DNA of 57,863 nucleotides from an uncultured Candidatus Actinomarina sp. (GTDB lineage Bacteria; Actinomycetota; Acidimicrobiia; Actinomarinales; Actinomarinaceae). The stretch spans positions 1-57,863 of the forward strand of contig CABWZY010000005.1 of assembly GCA_902510055.1 (NCBI GenBank), given 5' to 3'. The notes below the pieces were generated by a model, which searched no databases, was not told the DNA's origin, and was given only the letters and a program-made list of their open reading frames with translations. A program made the translations under genes and the position numbers. Below, in pieces: positions 48,371-57,863 of the stretch (positions are counted from its first letter, which is position 1; each line of letters starts with the position of its first letter).

Positions 48371-49600
48371 GTGAAATTTTTGTATATTAAAGAAATATAT
48401 TTACAAACTAAAGAACTCATAGGTTCACAATTTTTGATTGCAGTAATTTCTGTTCTTCAAGTGTCTTATGTTGTTAAACAGTTGGGTGTAGAAAATTTTG
48501 GAACCGTTACTTTAATTATTACACTGCCTAGTTTGATATTTAGAGCCACTCATTCTAGAAATAGTGATGTTACTTTACTCGCATTAAAAAAAGGTCAGAA
48601 TATTTTTACTGATTCATTATTTTTTGATTTTTTTATAGGATTATTCTCCTTTACTGTTTGTTTTTTAACTTTTTATAGTGAGCTTGGACATTATTTTGGA
48701 ATACAAAAAATAACCCCTATTATTTTGTTGTATTTGTTTTCAAGAATTGTTCAAACTTTTTCTGAGACTTCAAAAGCAATTTTAATATTTAATGGAAAAA
48801 TGAAAAGTTTTTCATTCCTAGAATTTTTTACAGTTCTAATAAGATTTTTATCTATATTATTTTTATTTCGAGTTGACCCAAGCATTGAGAGCTATCTTAT
48901 TTCCCAAACAATTTATTCTTCCACTTATGGTTTACTAGGTATTTATTTAGCTACTAGATATGCCAAAATCCAATTAATAAATATTGAATCATTGTCTATA
49001 TATTTTAAAAAAATTAAAAAATCTTATGGAAAACTTAGGTTTGATCAAATAGTAGGTTTAATTCCTCAGCATTTAGATGTTATTCTTTTAGGTGTTATTA
49101 GTGATATCTCATCTGTTGGGATTTATAAATTTGCTAAAAAATTGATAGAGCCAATAAATTATATAGTTGTTACATTCAACCCATGGTTACAAAATAAGCT
49201 AAAAGATTCATCTTCAAGTTTTGAAATCAATGTTTTTTTCAAAAAAATATTACTTCCATTAAGTTGTTTAATCTCAATAATGTATGTGGGATTTGGCAAA
49301 AAAATAATTTCAATTCTTGGTTCAGATGAATTTAGCGACTCATATATACCAATGTTAATTTTGTTAATAGGTTTTATATTCTATCTTTATACATTTTGGA
49401 TTAGACAGTATTTATTATTTAACGACTTGATTACTTTCCATGCTTATGGGAGGTTAATTTATTCTGGTGTGTTTTTATTACTTGCAATTCCATTAGCTCA
49501 AATTTATTCATCAAGGGGAATTGCTATCTCACTATCTTCTGCGATGGTCTTACAAAAGTCCTACGAATATCTCATATATAAGAAAAAATTAAAATCATAA
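48371..49600 (+). CDS. Wzx-like polysaccharide flippase (MOP superfamily)
   Basis: Many TM segments, LG.ENFG, D.ILLG......VGIY..A.K; probable GTG start at 48371 (the track's start is inside the tRNA). Confidence 0.8.
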   Translation: MKFLYIKEIYLQTKELIGSQFLIAVISVLQVSYVVKQLGVENFGTVTLIITLPSLIFRATHSRNSDVTLLALKKGQNIFTDSLFFDFFIGLFSFTVCFLTFYSELGHYFGIQKITPIILLYLFSRIVQTFSETSKAILIFNGKMKSFSFLEFFTVLIRFLSILFLFRVDPSIESYLISQTIYSSTYGLLGIYLATRYAKIQLINIESLSIYFKKIKKSYGKLRFDQIVGLIPQHLDVILLGVISDISSVGIYKFAKKLIEPINYIVVTFNPWLQNKLKDSSSSFEINVFFKKILLPLSCLISIMYVGFGKKIISILGSDEFSDSYIPMLILLIGFIFYLYTFWIRQYLLFNDLITFHAYGRLIYSGVFLLLAIPLAQIYSSRGIAISLSSAMVLQKSYEYLIYKKKLKS

Positions 49601-49625
49601 ATTATTCACCATTATCATAAAGATT

Positions 49626-50996
49626 ATGAAATTAAATAAAGATACTAGTTATTTAATAGTTATATTTTCTTCAATCATATTAATTTTTCTTGATGCTTAT
49701 GAAATATTTTCTATACCAATTTCATGGGTAGGTATGAGTTTGTTATTAGCCTTGTCCTTATTTGAATTTGAAAATCTTTTTACTAAAAATACAAAAGATA
49801 TTTTAATTATCGGGTTGTGTATTGTTTTAATTCCCCAAATATTTTATTTAGTATTTTTTGAATCAACCAGTTCTGATCTGATTTATATTTCCTTAAGGAT
49901 TTTTAATTTTATATCATTTTTTTTAGTATTATTTTTTACTCTTTATTATTTTAAAAATGAAAAATTAGACTTATTTTTTAAATATACAAAATACATAATC
50001 TATTTTTTTTCAATAGCAACTATATATATATACTTAGCACAAATATTTGACCTATATGAACCATTAAGAAATAGGTCAAATACAAATATGTTTCGTGAAT
50101 CTGATCAGTCTATATTCTGGTTATCTGAACCACACAGAGCTATGGGAACTTTCAGAGAACCTGTTTTCTTAGTTACTTTTTTCTTTCCAATTATTCTTTT
50201 ATATTTGTATTACACAAAAAGAAAAACTTTACTTCTTCCCATTTTCTCTGGTATAGCAATGGGCCTTACAAGAAGTAATTATATGAAGTTATTTTGTATT
50301 ATCTTTTTAGTCTTTTTATTAATTCAATATTTTCTTAATAGAAAAATAAAATTTGAATTTCTTATTTTTTTTGGTTTGATTATTGTTTTTTCTACTTTTG
50401 GTGTATTTGAATGTAATTTAAACCCTCAAAGCAATGAATGTTTGGAATATCAAGAGGATGTTGAGAATATGAATAGTTCTGGAGAAATAAGAATTGATTC
50501 AAATATAGACGAACCAGTTGTCGAACTAGGAAATGATAGGATCAACGTTGTTAAATATTTTTTAACATCAATCAAATTTATAAACCCTGAAAGCTTTAGC
50601 AATGTTAATTCAGATTTTCAGTCTTATTCTTCTCTAAGGGTTAATGAGGAGATGTATTTCTCTAACAGAACTTTACCCAAGTATTTACTGCAAAGATACA
50701 GTACAGAAAACTTTGGAACAGGAAATTATTCTCTAGTCAAATATAAAATGAATGTACAAAACTTGTTTGTATTTTACACTCAAGCCTTTGGAATTATCTT
50801 CCCTTTATTCTTATTTCTATTTATCTTTCATTTTCTTTATACAAAAAAAATTAATTTGAAGACTATATTTTTACTTCTTGTAATTTTATTTTTCTTTGTT
50901 AGTCCTATTGAAGAAGTTAATTCATACTACGGTTTAATTATTGGTATCACCTATAATTTTCTTTTTAAAGATAGAATTACATATGAACAAATATAA
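49626..50996 (+). CDS. Wzy/O-antigen ligase-like polytopic membrane protein
   Basis: Multiple TMs, RAMGTFREP, LTRS, large external loop; adjacent to a flippase. Confidence 0.7.
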   Translation: MKLNKDTSYLIVIFSSIILIFLDAYEIFSIPISWVGMSLLLALSLFEFENLFTKNTKDILIIGLCIVLIPQIFYLVFFESTSSDLIYISLRIFNFISFFLVLFFTLYYFKNEKLDLFFKYTKYIIYFFSIATIYIYLAQIFDLYEPLRNRSNTNMFRESDQSIFWLSEPHRAMGTFREPVFLVTFFFPIILLYLYYTKRKTLLLPIFSGIAMGLTRSNYMKLFCIIFLVFLLIQYFLNRKIKFEFLIFFGLIIVFSTFGVFECNLNPQSNECLEYQEDVENMNSSGEIRIDSNIDEPVVELGNDRINVVKYFLTSIKFINPESFSNVNSDFQSYSSLRVNEEMYFSNRTLPKYLLQRYSTENFGTGNYSLVKYKMNVQNLFVFYTQAFGIIFPLFLFLFIFHFLYTKKINLKTIFLLLVILFFFVSPIEEVNSYYGLIIGITYNFLFKDRITYEQI

Positions 50997-52050
50997 TTTT
51001 TCAGCTGGACCAGCAAGACTTCACCCTTCTGTGATAAAAAAGGCCAATGATTCAATAATTAATTATCAAGATTCGGGAATGTCTATATTAGAAATTTCCC
51101 ACAGAAGTAAAGAATATAAAGAAATCATGGAAAAATTAAAAGTAAATTTAACTGACTTATTAAATATTCCTGACGATTATTTTATTTTACTTCTTCAAGG
51201 AGGTGCTACTTATCAAAATACTTTCATACCTTACAATTATGGATTAGATAATAAAATAGGTTGTCTCATAACAGGCGAGTGGAGTAAAAAAACATTTAAA
51301 GATTTTAGATTAGTAAAAGATACCGAAATGATAAATTTAGAGGATTCTAAAATAGAAAAATTTTTATATGAAGACAACAGTGAATACTTTAAAGACACAG
51401 AGTATTTACATATAACATCAAATGAAACAATAAATGGCATTCAAATAAGAGATTTTAAAAAAATCAACCATCCTTCATTGATTATTGACATGTCGTCTGA
51501 TTTGGGATCATATAAATTTGATTGGGACAATTTAAAATACATTTATGCTGGAGCCCAAAAAAATATGGGTATTCCTGGTGTAACTATATGTATAGGGGAT
51601 GAATCTGAGTTAACTGATCTTAATAATCCTTCATATTTAAATTTGAATAAATTATCAGAAAATGATTCTGTTCTAAATACTCCATCTACATTTTCTGTAT
51701 ATATATTATATTTAGTTTGTGAATGGATGATAAAGTCGGGTGGTCTAGATTATTTTGAAAAACAATCAAAAAAACATTCTGAACTTCTATATGAGCAACT
51801 TGAGACTTATTCTGAAAATATTTTGTTGCCGATTTCTAAATTTGCTAGAAGTAGGTCAAACATTGTATTTAACTTTATAGATAGCGCTTTAGAAGAAGAA
51901 TTCTTAAGTGAAGCAGAAAAAAATAATATTGTAGGAATCCAAGGACATAGAAGCGTAGGGGGTATAAGAATAAGCCTTTATAATGCTGTAGATTCTGAAA
52001 TGGTGAAGTACTTGTCAGACTTTATTTCTAGATTTTTTGACAAAAAATGA
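50983..52050 (+). CDS. serC: Phosphoserine aminotransferase
   Basis: YNFSAGPA, EISHRS, LQGGA, TSNETING, DMSSD, AGAQKN.G, GHRSVGG.R.SLYNA. Confidence 0.93.
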   Translation: MNKYNFSAGPARLHPSVIKKANDSIINYQDSGMSILEISHRSKEYKEIMEKLKVNLTDLLNIPDDYFILLLQGGATYQNTFIPYNYGLDNKIGCLITGEWSKKTFKDFRLVKDTEMINLEDSKIEKFLYEDNSEYFKDTEYLHITSNETINGIQIRDFKKINHPSLIIDMSSDLGSYKFDWDNLKYIYAGAQKNMGIPGVTICIGDESELTDLNNPSYLNLNKLSENDSVLNTPSTFSVYILYLVCEWMIKSGGLDYFEKQSKKHSELLYEQLETYSENILLPISKFARSRSNIVFNFIDSALEEEFLSEAEKNNIVGIQGHRSVGGIRISLYNAVDSEMVKYLSDFISRFFDKK

Positions 52051-52706
52051 AAATTAGTAAAATTTCTAGCTACGAATTTAAAAAATATAACGTCACAGGA
52101 GTCGAAACTGAAATAAATATTTCAAAAAAAAATAATTTAAAAATTATTTTGCATGAAGAATTAGCAACCCCAATTAAAGATCAGGACACTATATTAATTA
52201 ATGAATTTGAACCTTTGTTATTTTCTATTGATATGGAAACATCACAATTGCTTGATAGTACAGAATTAGATATTGATTTGATGACTCTCCTTGATGGTCA
52301 TCATAGATTTGATTTCATATCTCGGAACAACATAGACTCACCATTCAAAGTTATAATTGTTTCTTCTGAAGACGTGAACATTGATTCTTATCTTTCTGAA
52401 ATAAATATTGAAAAGGCTGATTTTATAGATTTTTTAGAAAGTAAAAACTTTGTAATTAATTCAAGCTCAAAATATTATTTAAAAATAGATGATATTATTT
52501 ATTCCTCAGATGAGATATTAGATATTTATGATTTATATAATTTTAAGAGAGAATGTTTTCAAAATGGATTCATTACTCCTTTTGCAAATGATAATGACAT
52601 AAGTAATGAAAATATACTAAGTTTCACACCTATTAAGTTAAATGAATTTTATAAAGAAAAATATCTCTTTCCTCCTAAATCAACCTGGATAACTCCTAGA
52701 ATTTAA
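52047..52706 (+). CDS. ParB/Srx-fold protein, shortened DUF1015-like
   Basis: ILHEE, LLDGHHR and C-terminal FPPKSTW.TPR; ATGA overlap with serC. Confidence 0.65.
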   Translation: MKISKISSYEFKKYNVTGVETEINISKKNNLKIILHEELATPIKDQDTILINEFEPLLFSIDMETSQLLDSTELDIDLMTLLDGHHRFDFISRNNIDSPFKVIIVSSEDVNIDSYLSEINIEKADFIDFLESKNFVINSSSKYYLKIDDIIYSSDEILDIYDLYNFKRECFQNGFITPFANDNDISNENILSFTPIKLNEFYKEKYLFPPKSTWITPRI

Positions 52707-52713
52707 GGCTGGT

Positions 52714-53820
52714 ATGTTAATTTGTCATATAATTAATTCTCTTAATAGAGGTGGGGCAGAGACTCATTTGCATGACTTAATTCAAGAACAGTTAAAAAAT
52801 AATTATGTTTTAAAACTAGTTGTTATAGGTCCAGATAATCAAAATATAATTTCTTTAAAGCAAGAAATAAATAATTTAGGAATAGAAGTAAAAAGACTAA
52901 AGGGTCCGAGAATGTTTAATGTTACTTCTTATTTTTCACTTGCTAGTTATCTAAAAAAACAAAATATTGAATTAATACATTCTCATCAACCAAGAAGTGA
53001 TTTTATGATATTTCTTTTGAAAAAGTTTTCAAGGCATATTTCTAATATTAGATGGATAGTTAGTGTCCATGGAAAATATGATACCTATTTAGAAAAAAAT
53101 AAATTTAGCAATATTTTTCGCAAAATATTTATGAAAAGATTATCTAAGTTTTGGGAAAATGCATCAACAGTAATAGCAATTTCTGACGAAGTAAAAGAAT
53201 GGATTAATAATTTAAATTCTTCTCTAAATGTTGCAGTTATTCCATATTGGGTAAATAAAAATTTAAAAAAAGAAATAGACTTAGAGAATATAAAATTAGG
53301 TTTCCTTGGAAGATTAAATCAAAACAAGGGAATAGAAGATTTTATAGAAGCTCTCAATAGTATTGACTTAAATGAAAATAATTTTACAGTAAATATTGGT
53401 GGCTATGGAAACTCTGAGTATATTAATAAATTAGTTAAAAATATTGAAGATAAAAACAGGACTTGTGTTAATTTTCTTGGATATGTAGAAGATAGAGAGA
53501 AATTTTTTAATGAAGTAGATATATTTGTTTTTCCCTCATACTCAGAAGGATTAGGTTTAGTCCTTCTTGAGGCAATGAGTTATTCAAAAATATGCATAAC
53601 AAGAGATGTTGAGCCTATGAATACCTATATAGATACTGGCTCAGGATATTTGTTTAATAATGTCGATTCTTTAATCGAAAAATTAAATTTGGCCATAAAT
53701 GATTTAAAACAAGATTATTCTGTTATTGAAAAAAAATTGTCTAATATTGATAAGAAATTAGAAAAATCAAGGGTGGAAGAAATATTTCCAAAATTTCAGG
53801 AAGTTTATAAATATGAATAA
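52714..53820 (+). CDS. Glycosyltransferase family 4 (GT-B)
   Basis: INSLNRGGAE, GRL...KG, FVFPSYSEGLGLVLLEAM. Confidence 0.92.
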   Translation: MLICHIINSLNRGGAETHLHDLIQEQLKNNYVLKLVVIGPDNQNIISLKQEINNLGIEVKRLKGPRMFNVTSYFSLASYLKKQNIELIHSHQPRSDFMIFLLKKFSRHISNIRWIVSVHGKYDTYLEKNKFSNIFRKIFMKRLSKFWENASTVIAISDEVKEWINNLNSSLNVAVIPYWVNKNLKKEIDLENIKLGFLGRLNQNKGIEDFIEALNSIDLNENNFTVNIGGYGNSEYINKLVKNIEDKNRTCVNFLGYVEDREKFFNEVDIFVFPSYSEGLGLVLLEAMSYSKICITRDVEPMNTYIDTGSGYLFNNVDSLIEKLNLAINDLKQDYSVIEKKLSNIDKKLEKSRVEEIFPKFQEVYKYE

Positions 53821-56248
53821 TTTTGAATTTGAAAAAATTGAAAAGAAATGGCAGGACCACTGGTCTAGTACCAAAATTATTGAATGCGACTTTGATTCAG
53901 AAAAACCTAAGTTCTACAACCTTTGTATGTATCCATATCCTTCAGGTGATCTTCACATGGGTCACGTTAGAAACTATACAATTGGTGATGTTATTACTAG
54001 ATATAAATTATTAAATGGTTTTAATGTTTTATCTCCAATGGGTTGGGATTCCTTTGGTTTACCAGCTGAAAATGCAGCAATAAAAACTGGGATTCATCCA
54101 AGAGAATTTACCGAAGAGAGAATTACTAATATGAAAGATCAAATAATTCGACTCGGGTCACTTTATGACTGGGACAGAGAACTAGCTGCTCACTCTGAAG
54201 ACTATTACAAATGGACACAGTATCTTTTTATTAAACTATACGAAGCTGATTTAGCTTATAAAAAAGATGCACCGGTTAATTGGTGTAATTCATGTAAGAC
54301 TGTATTAGCAAATGAACAGGTTGTAGATGGGAACTGTGAAAGATGTGAAACAGAAGTTAGCCAAAAAAATCTCAATCAGTGGTTTCTAAAAATTTCAAAT
54401 TATTCTGAAGAGTTGTTAACTGGATTAGAGAAAATTGGAAATTGGCCTGAAAATGTTAAAACTATGCAAAAAAATTGGATAGGAAAATCAGAAGGGGCAC
54501 AATTCGAATTAAAAGTTAGTGGTTCTAATATTTTATTTGAAGTTTTTACCACAAGACCAGATACTCTTTTTGGCATGACATTCGCAGTTATTTCTCCTGA
54601 ACATGAACTTATGGAAAACATATTAGAAATTTCTGATAACAAAAATCAGATTAAAGAATATATAGAAAAAGCAAAGTCTAAGTCTGAGTTTGAAAGGATG
54701 TCAATTACAAAAGAGAAATCAGGTGTAGACACACACTTAAAAGTTATGAATCCTATGACCAACGAAGAAGTTCCACTATGGATTGCTGATTATGTATTAA
54801 TTAATTATGGAACAGGTGCAATAATGGCAGTACCAGCACATGATCAAAGAGACTATGATTTTGCAAAAAAATATAATATAGAAATTCGACAAGTAATCAT
54901 GAATAAAGAGTCACAAAAAAATGTAGAGACAGAAGCCTATATTGAAGAAGGGGTATTAATTAACTCAGGAGAATTTAATGATCTAAATTCTCATACTGAG
55001 GCGAGTCAGAAAATCATTCAGTATTTAGAAAACAACAAAATGGGAGATAAAAAAACTACATTTAGACTAAGAGATTGGTTGATAAGTAGACAAAGGTACT
55101 GGGGTTGCCCGATACCATTAATTAATTGCGAAGAATGTGGATTAGTAGCTGAAGATATAAAAAATCTTCCAGTTCTTCTTCCAGAAATTGAAAATTATTT
55201 AAATACAGATGGGTCTCCTCTTTCAAAGAGTGAAGAATTTGTAAATGTTGAATGTCCAAAATGCAATAAACCAGGATTAAGGGAAACAGATACTATGGAC
55301 ACTTTTGTTGACTCTTCTTGGTATTTTTTGCGTTTTTTGGACCCTAAAAATTCAGAAGAGCCTTTTAAATCTAAGTTTATAAATGATTGGCTTCCAGTTG
55401 ATCAATATATAGGTGGAGTTGAACATGCTATATTACATTTACTGTATTCAAGATTTTTTGTTAAAGCTTTAAGAGATTTAAAAATGATTGACGTGGACGA
55501 ACCTTTTAATAACTTATTTTCTCAGGGAATGATAAATTTTGAAGGGGCAAAAATGTCAAAATCAAAAGGTAATATTGTTGATCCAGAAGGATATTTTAAA
55601 TCACACGGAGCAGACGCTTTAAGGCTATATATTTTATTTATGGCTCCTCCAAGTGATGGTGTAGATTGGAATGATGGTGGCATTGAAGGGACTAAACGAT
55701 TTTTGAATAAATTATGGGAAAATTTGGCTCAAATAATTGATATGAAGATTGATGAAAACAATATTAATGAATCTGGCACAGAAATTGAAAGGCAATTGAA
55801 TCAATCAATAGAGTCAATAACTAACCACCTAGAAAAGTTTGAATTTAATACTGCAGTATCGGATTTAATGATTTTAAATAATAATCTTTCTAGTTATTTA
55901 AATAATACTGAATTGATAAGTTCGGACCTTAAAGACCAAATCATTAGAGATGTATGTTTATTGATATATCCTTTAGCACCTCATTTTGGTTCAGAAATAT
56001 ACAATAACTATTTTAAAGAAGAAATCAGCAAAGAAGATTGGGTAAAGCCTAATAAAGAGAAATTAACTAATCCTACATATGAATTGGTGATTCAAATTAA
56101 TGGAAAAAAGAAAAACGCTGTTGAAGTTGATAGAGGCACTACTCAAGAGCAAGCTGAAGAAATATGTAAAACTCAATTTAACATAGAAATTAATGACGCA
56201 AAAAAAGTAATTTTCTTGGAAGACAAGTTAATAAATATAGTAATTTAA
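53813..56248 (+). CDS. leuS: Leucyl-tRNA synthetase
   Basis: MYPYPSG.LHMGH, RLRDWLISRQRYWG, YIGGVEHAILHL, KMSKS. Confidence 0.98.
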   Translation: MNNFEFEKIEKKWQDHWSSTKIIECDFDSEKPKFYNLCMYPYPSGDLHMGHVRNYTIGDVITRYKLLNGFNVLSPMGWDSFGLPAENAAIKTGIHPREFTEERITNMKDQIIRLGSLYDWDRELAAHSEDYYKWTQYLFIKLYEADLAYKKDAPVNWCNSCKTVLANEQVVDGNCERCETEVSQKNLNQWFLKISNYSEELLTGLEKIGNWPENVKTMQKNWIGKSEGAQFELKVSGSNILFEVFTTRPDTLFGMTFAVISPEHELMENILEISDNKNQIKEYIEKAKSKSEFERMSITKEKSGVDTHLKVMNPMTNEEVPLWIADYVLINYGTGAIMAVPAHDQRDYDFAKKYNIEIRQVIMNKESQKNVETEAYIEEGVLINSGEFNDLNSHTEASQKIIQYLENNKMGDKKTTFRLRDWLISRQRYWGCPIPLINCEECGLVAEDIKNLPVLLPEIENYLNTDGSPLSKSEEFVNVECPKCNKPGLRETDTMDTFVDSSWYFLRFLDPKNSEEPFKSKFINDWLPVDQYIGGVEHAILHLLYSRFFVKALRDLKMIDVDEPFNNLFSQGMINFEGAKMSKSKGNIVDPEGYFKSHGADALRLYILFMAPPSDGVDWNDGGIEGTKRFLNKLWENLAQIIDMKIDENNINESGTEIERQLNQSIESITNHLEKFEFNTAVSDLMILNNNLSSYLNNTELISSDLKDQIIRDVCLLIYPLAPHFGSEIYNNYFKEEISKEDWVKPNKEKLTNPTYELVIQINGKKKNAVEVDRGTTQEQAEEICKTQFNIEINDAKKVIFLEDKLINIVI

Positions 56249-56926
56249 GTGGCTAATTTAATAGTAACTCCAAGTTTGATAAGCGACATTTCATTAATAA
56301 ATGATGAATTGAAAATAAAATCTAATATAGAAAAAATATCTTTTGAAGAATTTATATCGGAAAATAGCATCACTTTATTTGAAAATGACAATTACAAATT
56401 TATTTATGATAAATATGTTTCATATGCAGAATTAAATAAACTAAATTTCAATTTTAATGAAAACTATATTTTCCAAATTAAAAAACAGAACTTAAGTAAA
56501 TTTTCAAATGAAAATAGTGAGATTAACGTCCATTACATTGAGCCACAAAAAGAAAAAGAGATTTTCCCATGGGATTTTACTAAAATACTATTTTCTTCAA
56601 AAATACAATTACAATCTGAAATAGTTGATCATTTCTGTATTAATGAAAATACATTTAAACAATTTCTTTCATATTTTCATAAAGAACTAATTAGATTAAA
56701 ACTCACATTTCTATATGACGATGATGAGATTTCAAATGTACTTGTTGAAAAAATAGATTATAAGTATCAATTAGCTAGAGAGAGAAATTCAAAATACAAT
56801 ATTGATGATATTGATAAATGTCTAGAAAATATATACAAAATAGAAAAACTTATTTTAGAAAGTGGATTTAATTCTGAAAATGCTAAAAGATTTATAGTTT
56901 CTTCAAAAAGCTTACTTCAATTTTGA
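56249..56926 (+). CDS. holA: Probable highly divergent DNA polymerase III delta subunit
   Basis: Mainly positional (leuS-x-rpsT-lepA); weak similarity (TLF early in the protein, FPWDF.., C-terminal helical collar). Confidence 0.5.
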   Translation: MANLIVTPSLISDISLINDELKIKSNIEKISFEEFISENSITLFENDNYKFIYDKYVSYAELNKLNFNFNENYIFQIKKQNLSKFSNENSEINVHYIEPQKEKEIFPWDFTKILFSSKIQLQSEIVDHFCINENTFKQFLSYFHKELIRLKLTFLYDDDEISNVLVEKIDYKYQLARERNSKYNIDDIDKCLENIYKIEKLILESGFNSENAKRFIVSSKSLLQF

Positions 56927-57151
56927 AATTTTTGATTTGTTTCTGTCTCTGAAACTTTTAGAAATAACTCCTTCAGAATAAGCTTTATCTAGGCTTCGTA
57001 TAACTTCTGATTTATTGTCTAAAACTAAATTATTTTCATCATCGTAAATAGATTTCATTGATGTTTTAAGAGAAGTTTTAGCAGCCTTATTTCTTATATT
57101 TCTTTTATTATTTTGCCTTATTCTCTTTTTTTGTGATTCATTATTCGCCAT
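56912..57151 (-). CDS. rpsT: 30S ribosomal protein S20
   Basis: MANNESQKKRIRQN.KR..RNK..K..LKT, LDKA...GVI......R.KS. Confidence 0.93.
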   Translation of the reverse strand: MANNESQKKRIRQNNKRNIRNKAAKTSLKTSMKSIYDDENNLVLDNKSEVIRSLDKAYSEGVISKSFRDRNKSKISKLK

Positions 57152-57190
57152 CTAAAACCTCTTAGTATATAAGATAATAACTTATTAAAT

Positions 57191-57778
57191 ATGTTAACTA
57201 ATAAAAATATAAGAAATATCTCGATAATTGCACATGTTGATCATGGAAAATCTACATTAGCTGATAGGTTTATTGAATATTCTGGTTTAGTCAAACCTGG
57301 AGACCATGTAGACCAAATTCTTGACACTATGGATCTTGAGAGAGAAAGAGGTATAACTATTAAATCACAACCTATCAGGTTGAAATTTCAAGATACAATA
57401 ATTAATTTAATAGATACACCCGGACATGTTGACTTCTCATACGAAGTCTCAAGAGCTTTAATAGCATGTGATGGGGCAATATTGCTTGTAGACGGAACTC
57501 AAGGTGTTCAGGCTCAAACTTTTGCACATTCTTATGCAGCTATTGAAGCAGGTTTAGACATAATACCAGTGATAAATAAAATAGACTCTGTTGATGTTGA
57601 AGTTGAGAATGTATCAAAACAGATATATAACTTGATAGGATCTGAAGATGAAGAAATATTTAAAATATCATCAAAAGAAGGTACAGGTATTGAAGAATTG
57701 ATTCAACAATTGCCAAACCTCATAAGCTCACCTAAGAAAGAAACATACTTATCTAATGAGTCTCTTAACTTTGTATAA
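57191..57778 (+). CDS. lepA: Elongation factor 4 (LepA), N-terminal G domain only; truncated at an apparent chimeric junction
   Basis: [47 protein letters not shown]. Confidence 0.92.
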   Translation: MLTNKNIRNISIIAHVDHGKSTLADRFIEYSGLVKPGDHVDQILDTMDLERERGITIKSQPIRLKFQDTIINLIDTPGHVDFSYEVSRALIACDGAILLVDGTQGVQAQTFAHSYAAIEAGLDIIPVINKIDSVDVEVENVSKQIYNLIGSEDEEIFKISSKEGTGIEELIQQLPNLISSPKKETYLSNESLNFV

Positions 57779-57863
57779 TCATCAGAGTCAGAAGGATACA
57801 CACTAGAAAATACAGTAGGCTGAGGTTCCTTATATCCTGATAAAATTATAGGTTTATCGTCAT
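57745..57863 (-). other. lepA: Inverted internal fragment of lepA (likely amplification chimera)
   Basis: Minus strand reads [38 protein letters not shown], the LepA domain II/III boundary. Confidence 0.85.

Noticed and set aside
48340-53820. tRNA-Ala-targeted integrative element
   Set aside because: No duplicated tRNA 3' end at the far boundary, no integrase, and the last gene overlaps leuS.
14948-54642. Numerous 60-130 aa ORFs antisense or out of frame within core genes
   Set aside because: Fully nested in well-conserved genes and without recognisable motifs; typical shadow ORFs.
57191-57778. Genuine short GTPase or lepA pseudogene
   Set aside because: The premature stop comes from the inverted lepA fragment, best explained as an amplification or assembly chimera.

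Overview
Very AT-rich, gene-dense bacterial DNA with canonical actinobacterial gene order (tRNAs-tig-clpP-clpX-valS-folC-ndk-mreBCD-pbp2-rodA-rne-rplU-rpmA-obg-proBA-nadD-rsfS-tRNA-Ala ... leuS-holA-rpsT-lepA). This fits a streamlined marine actinobacterium such as Ca. Actinomarinales (inference). An inverted lepA fragment at the right end suggests a single-cell (MDA) assembly. About three quarters of the window is core housekeeping genes plus 7 tRNAs. One accessory stretch (~5.0-14.5 kb) carries an EVE-HNH nuclease, an MvaI/BcnI-family nuclease with a C5 methyltransferase, orphan genes, a lipoprotein, a multidomain surface protein and an internally duplicated Fe-S PD-(D/E)XK nuclease. A second (~48.4-53.8 kb) is a glycan cluster after tRNA-Ala that includes serC and a DUF1015/ParB-Srx-fold gene. 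The clearest unannotated signal is a leaderless poly-Ile leader peptide (MMNIIIII*) with hairpins and an intrinsic terminator in front of citramalate synthase, an apparent isoleucine-sensing attenuator. Other highlights are an archaeal-type translin/TRAX homologue, pervasive leaderless promoters, small ORFs missed by the ORF track and a possibly mosaic valS. All family assignments come from reading motifs by eye; no searches were run.
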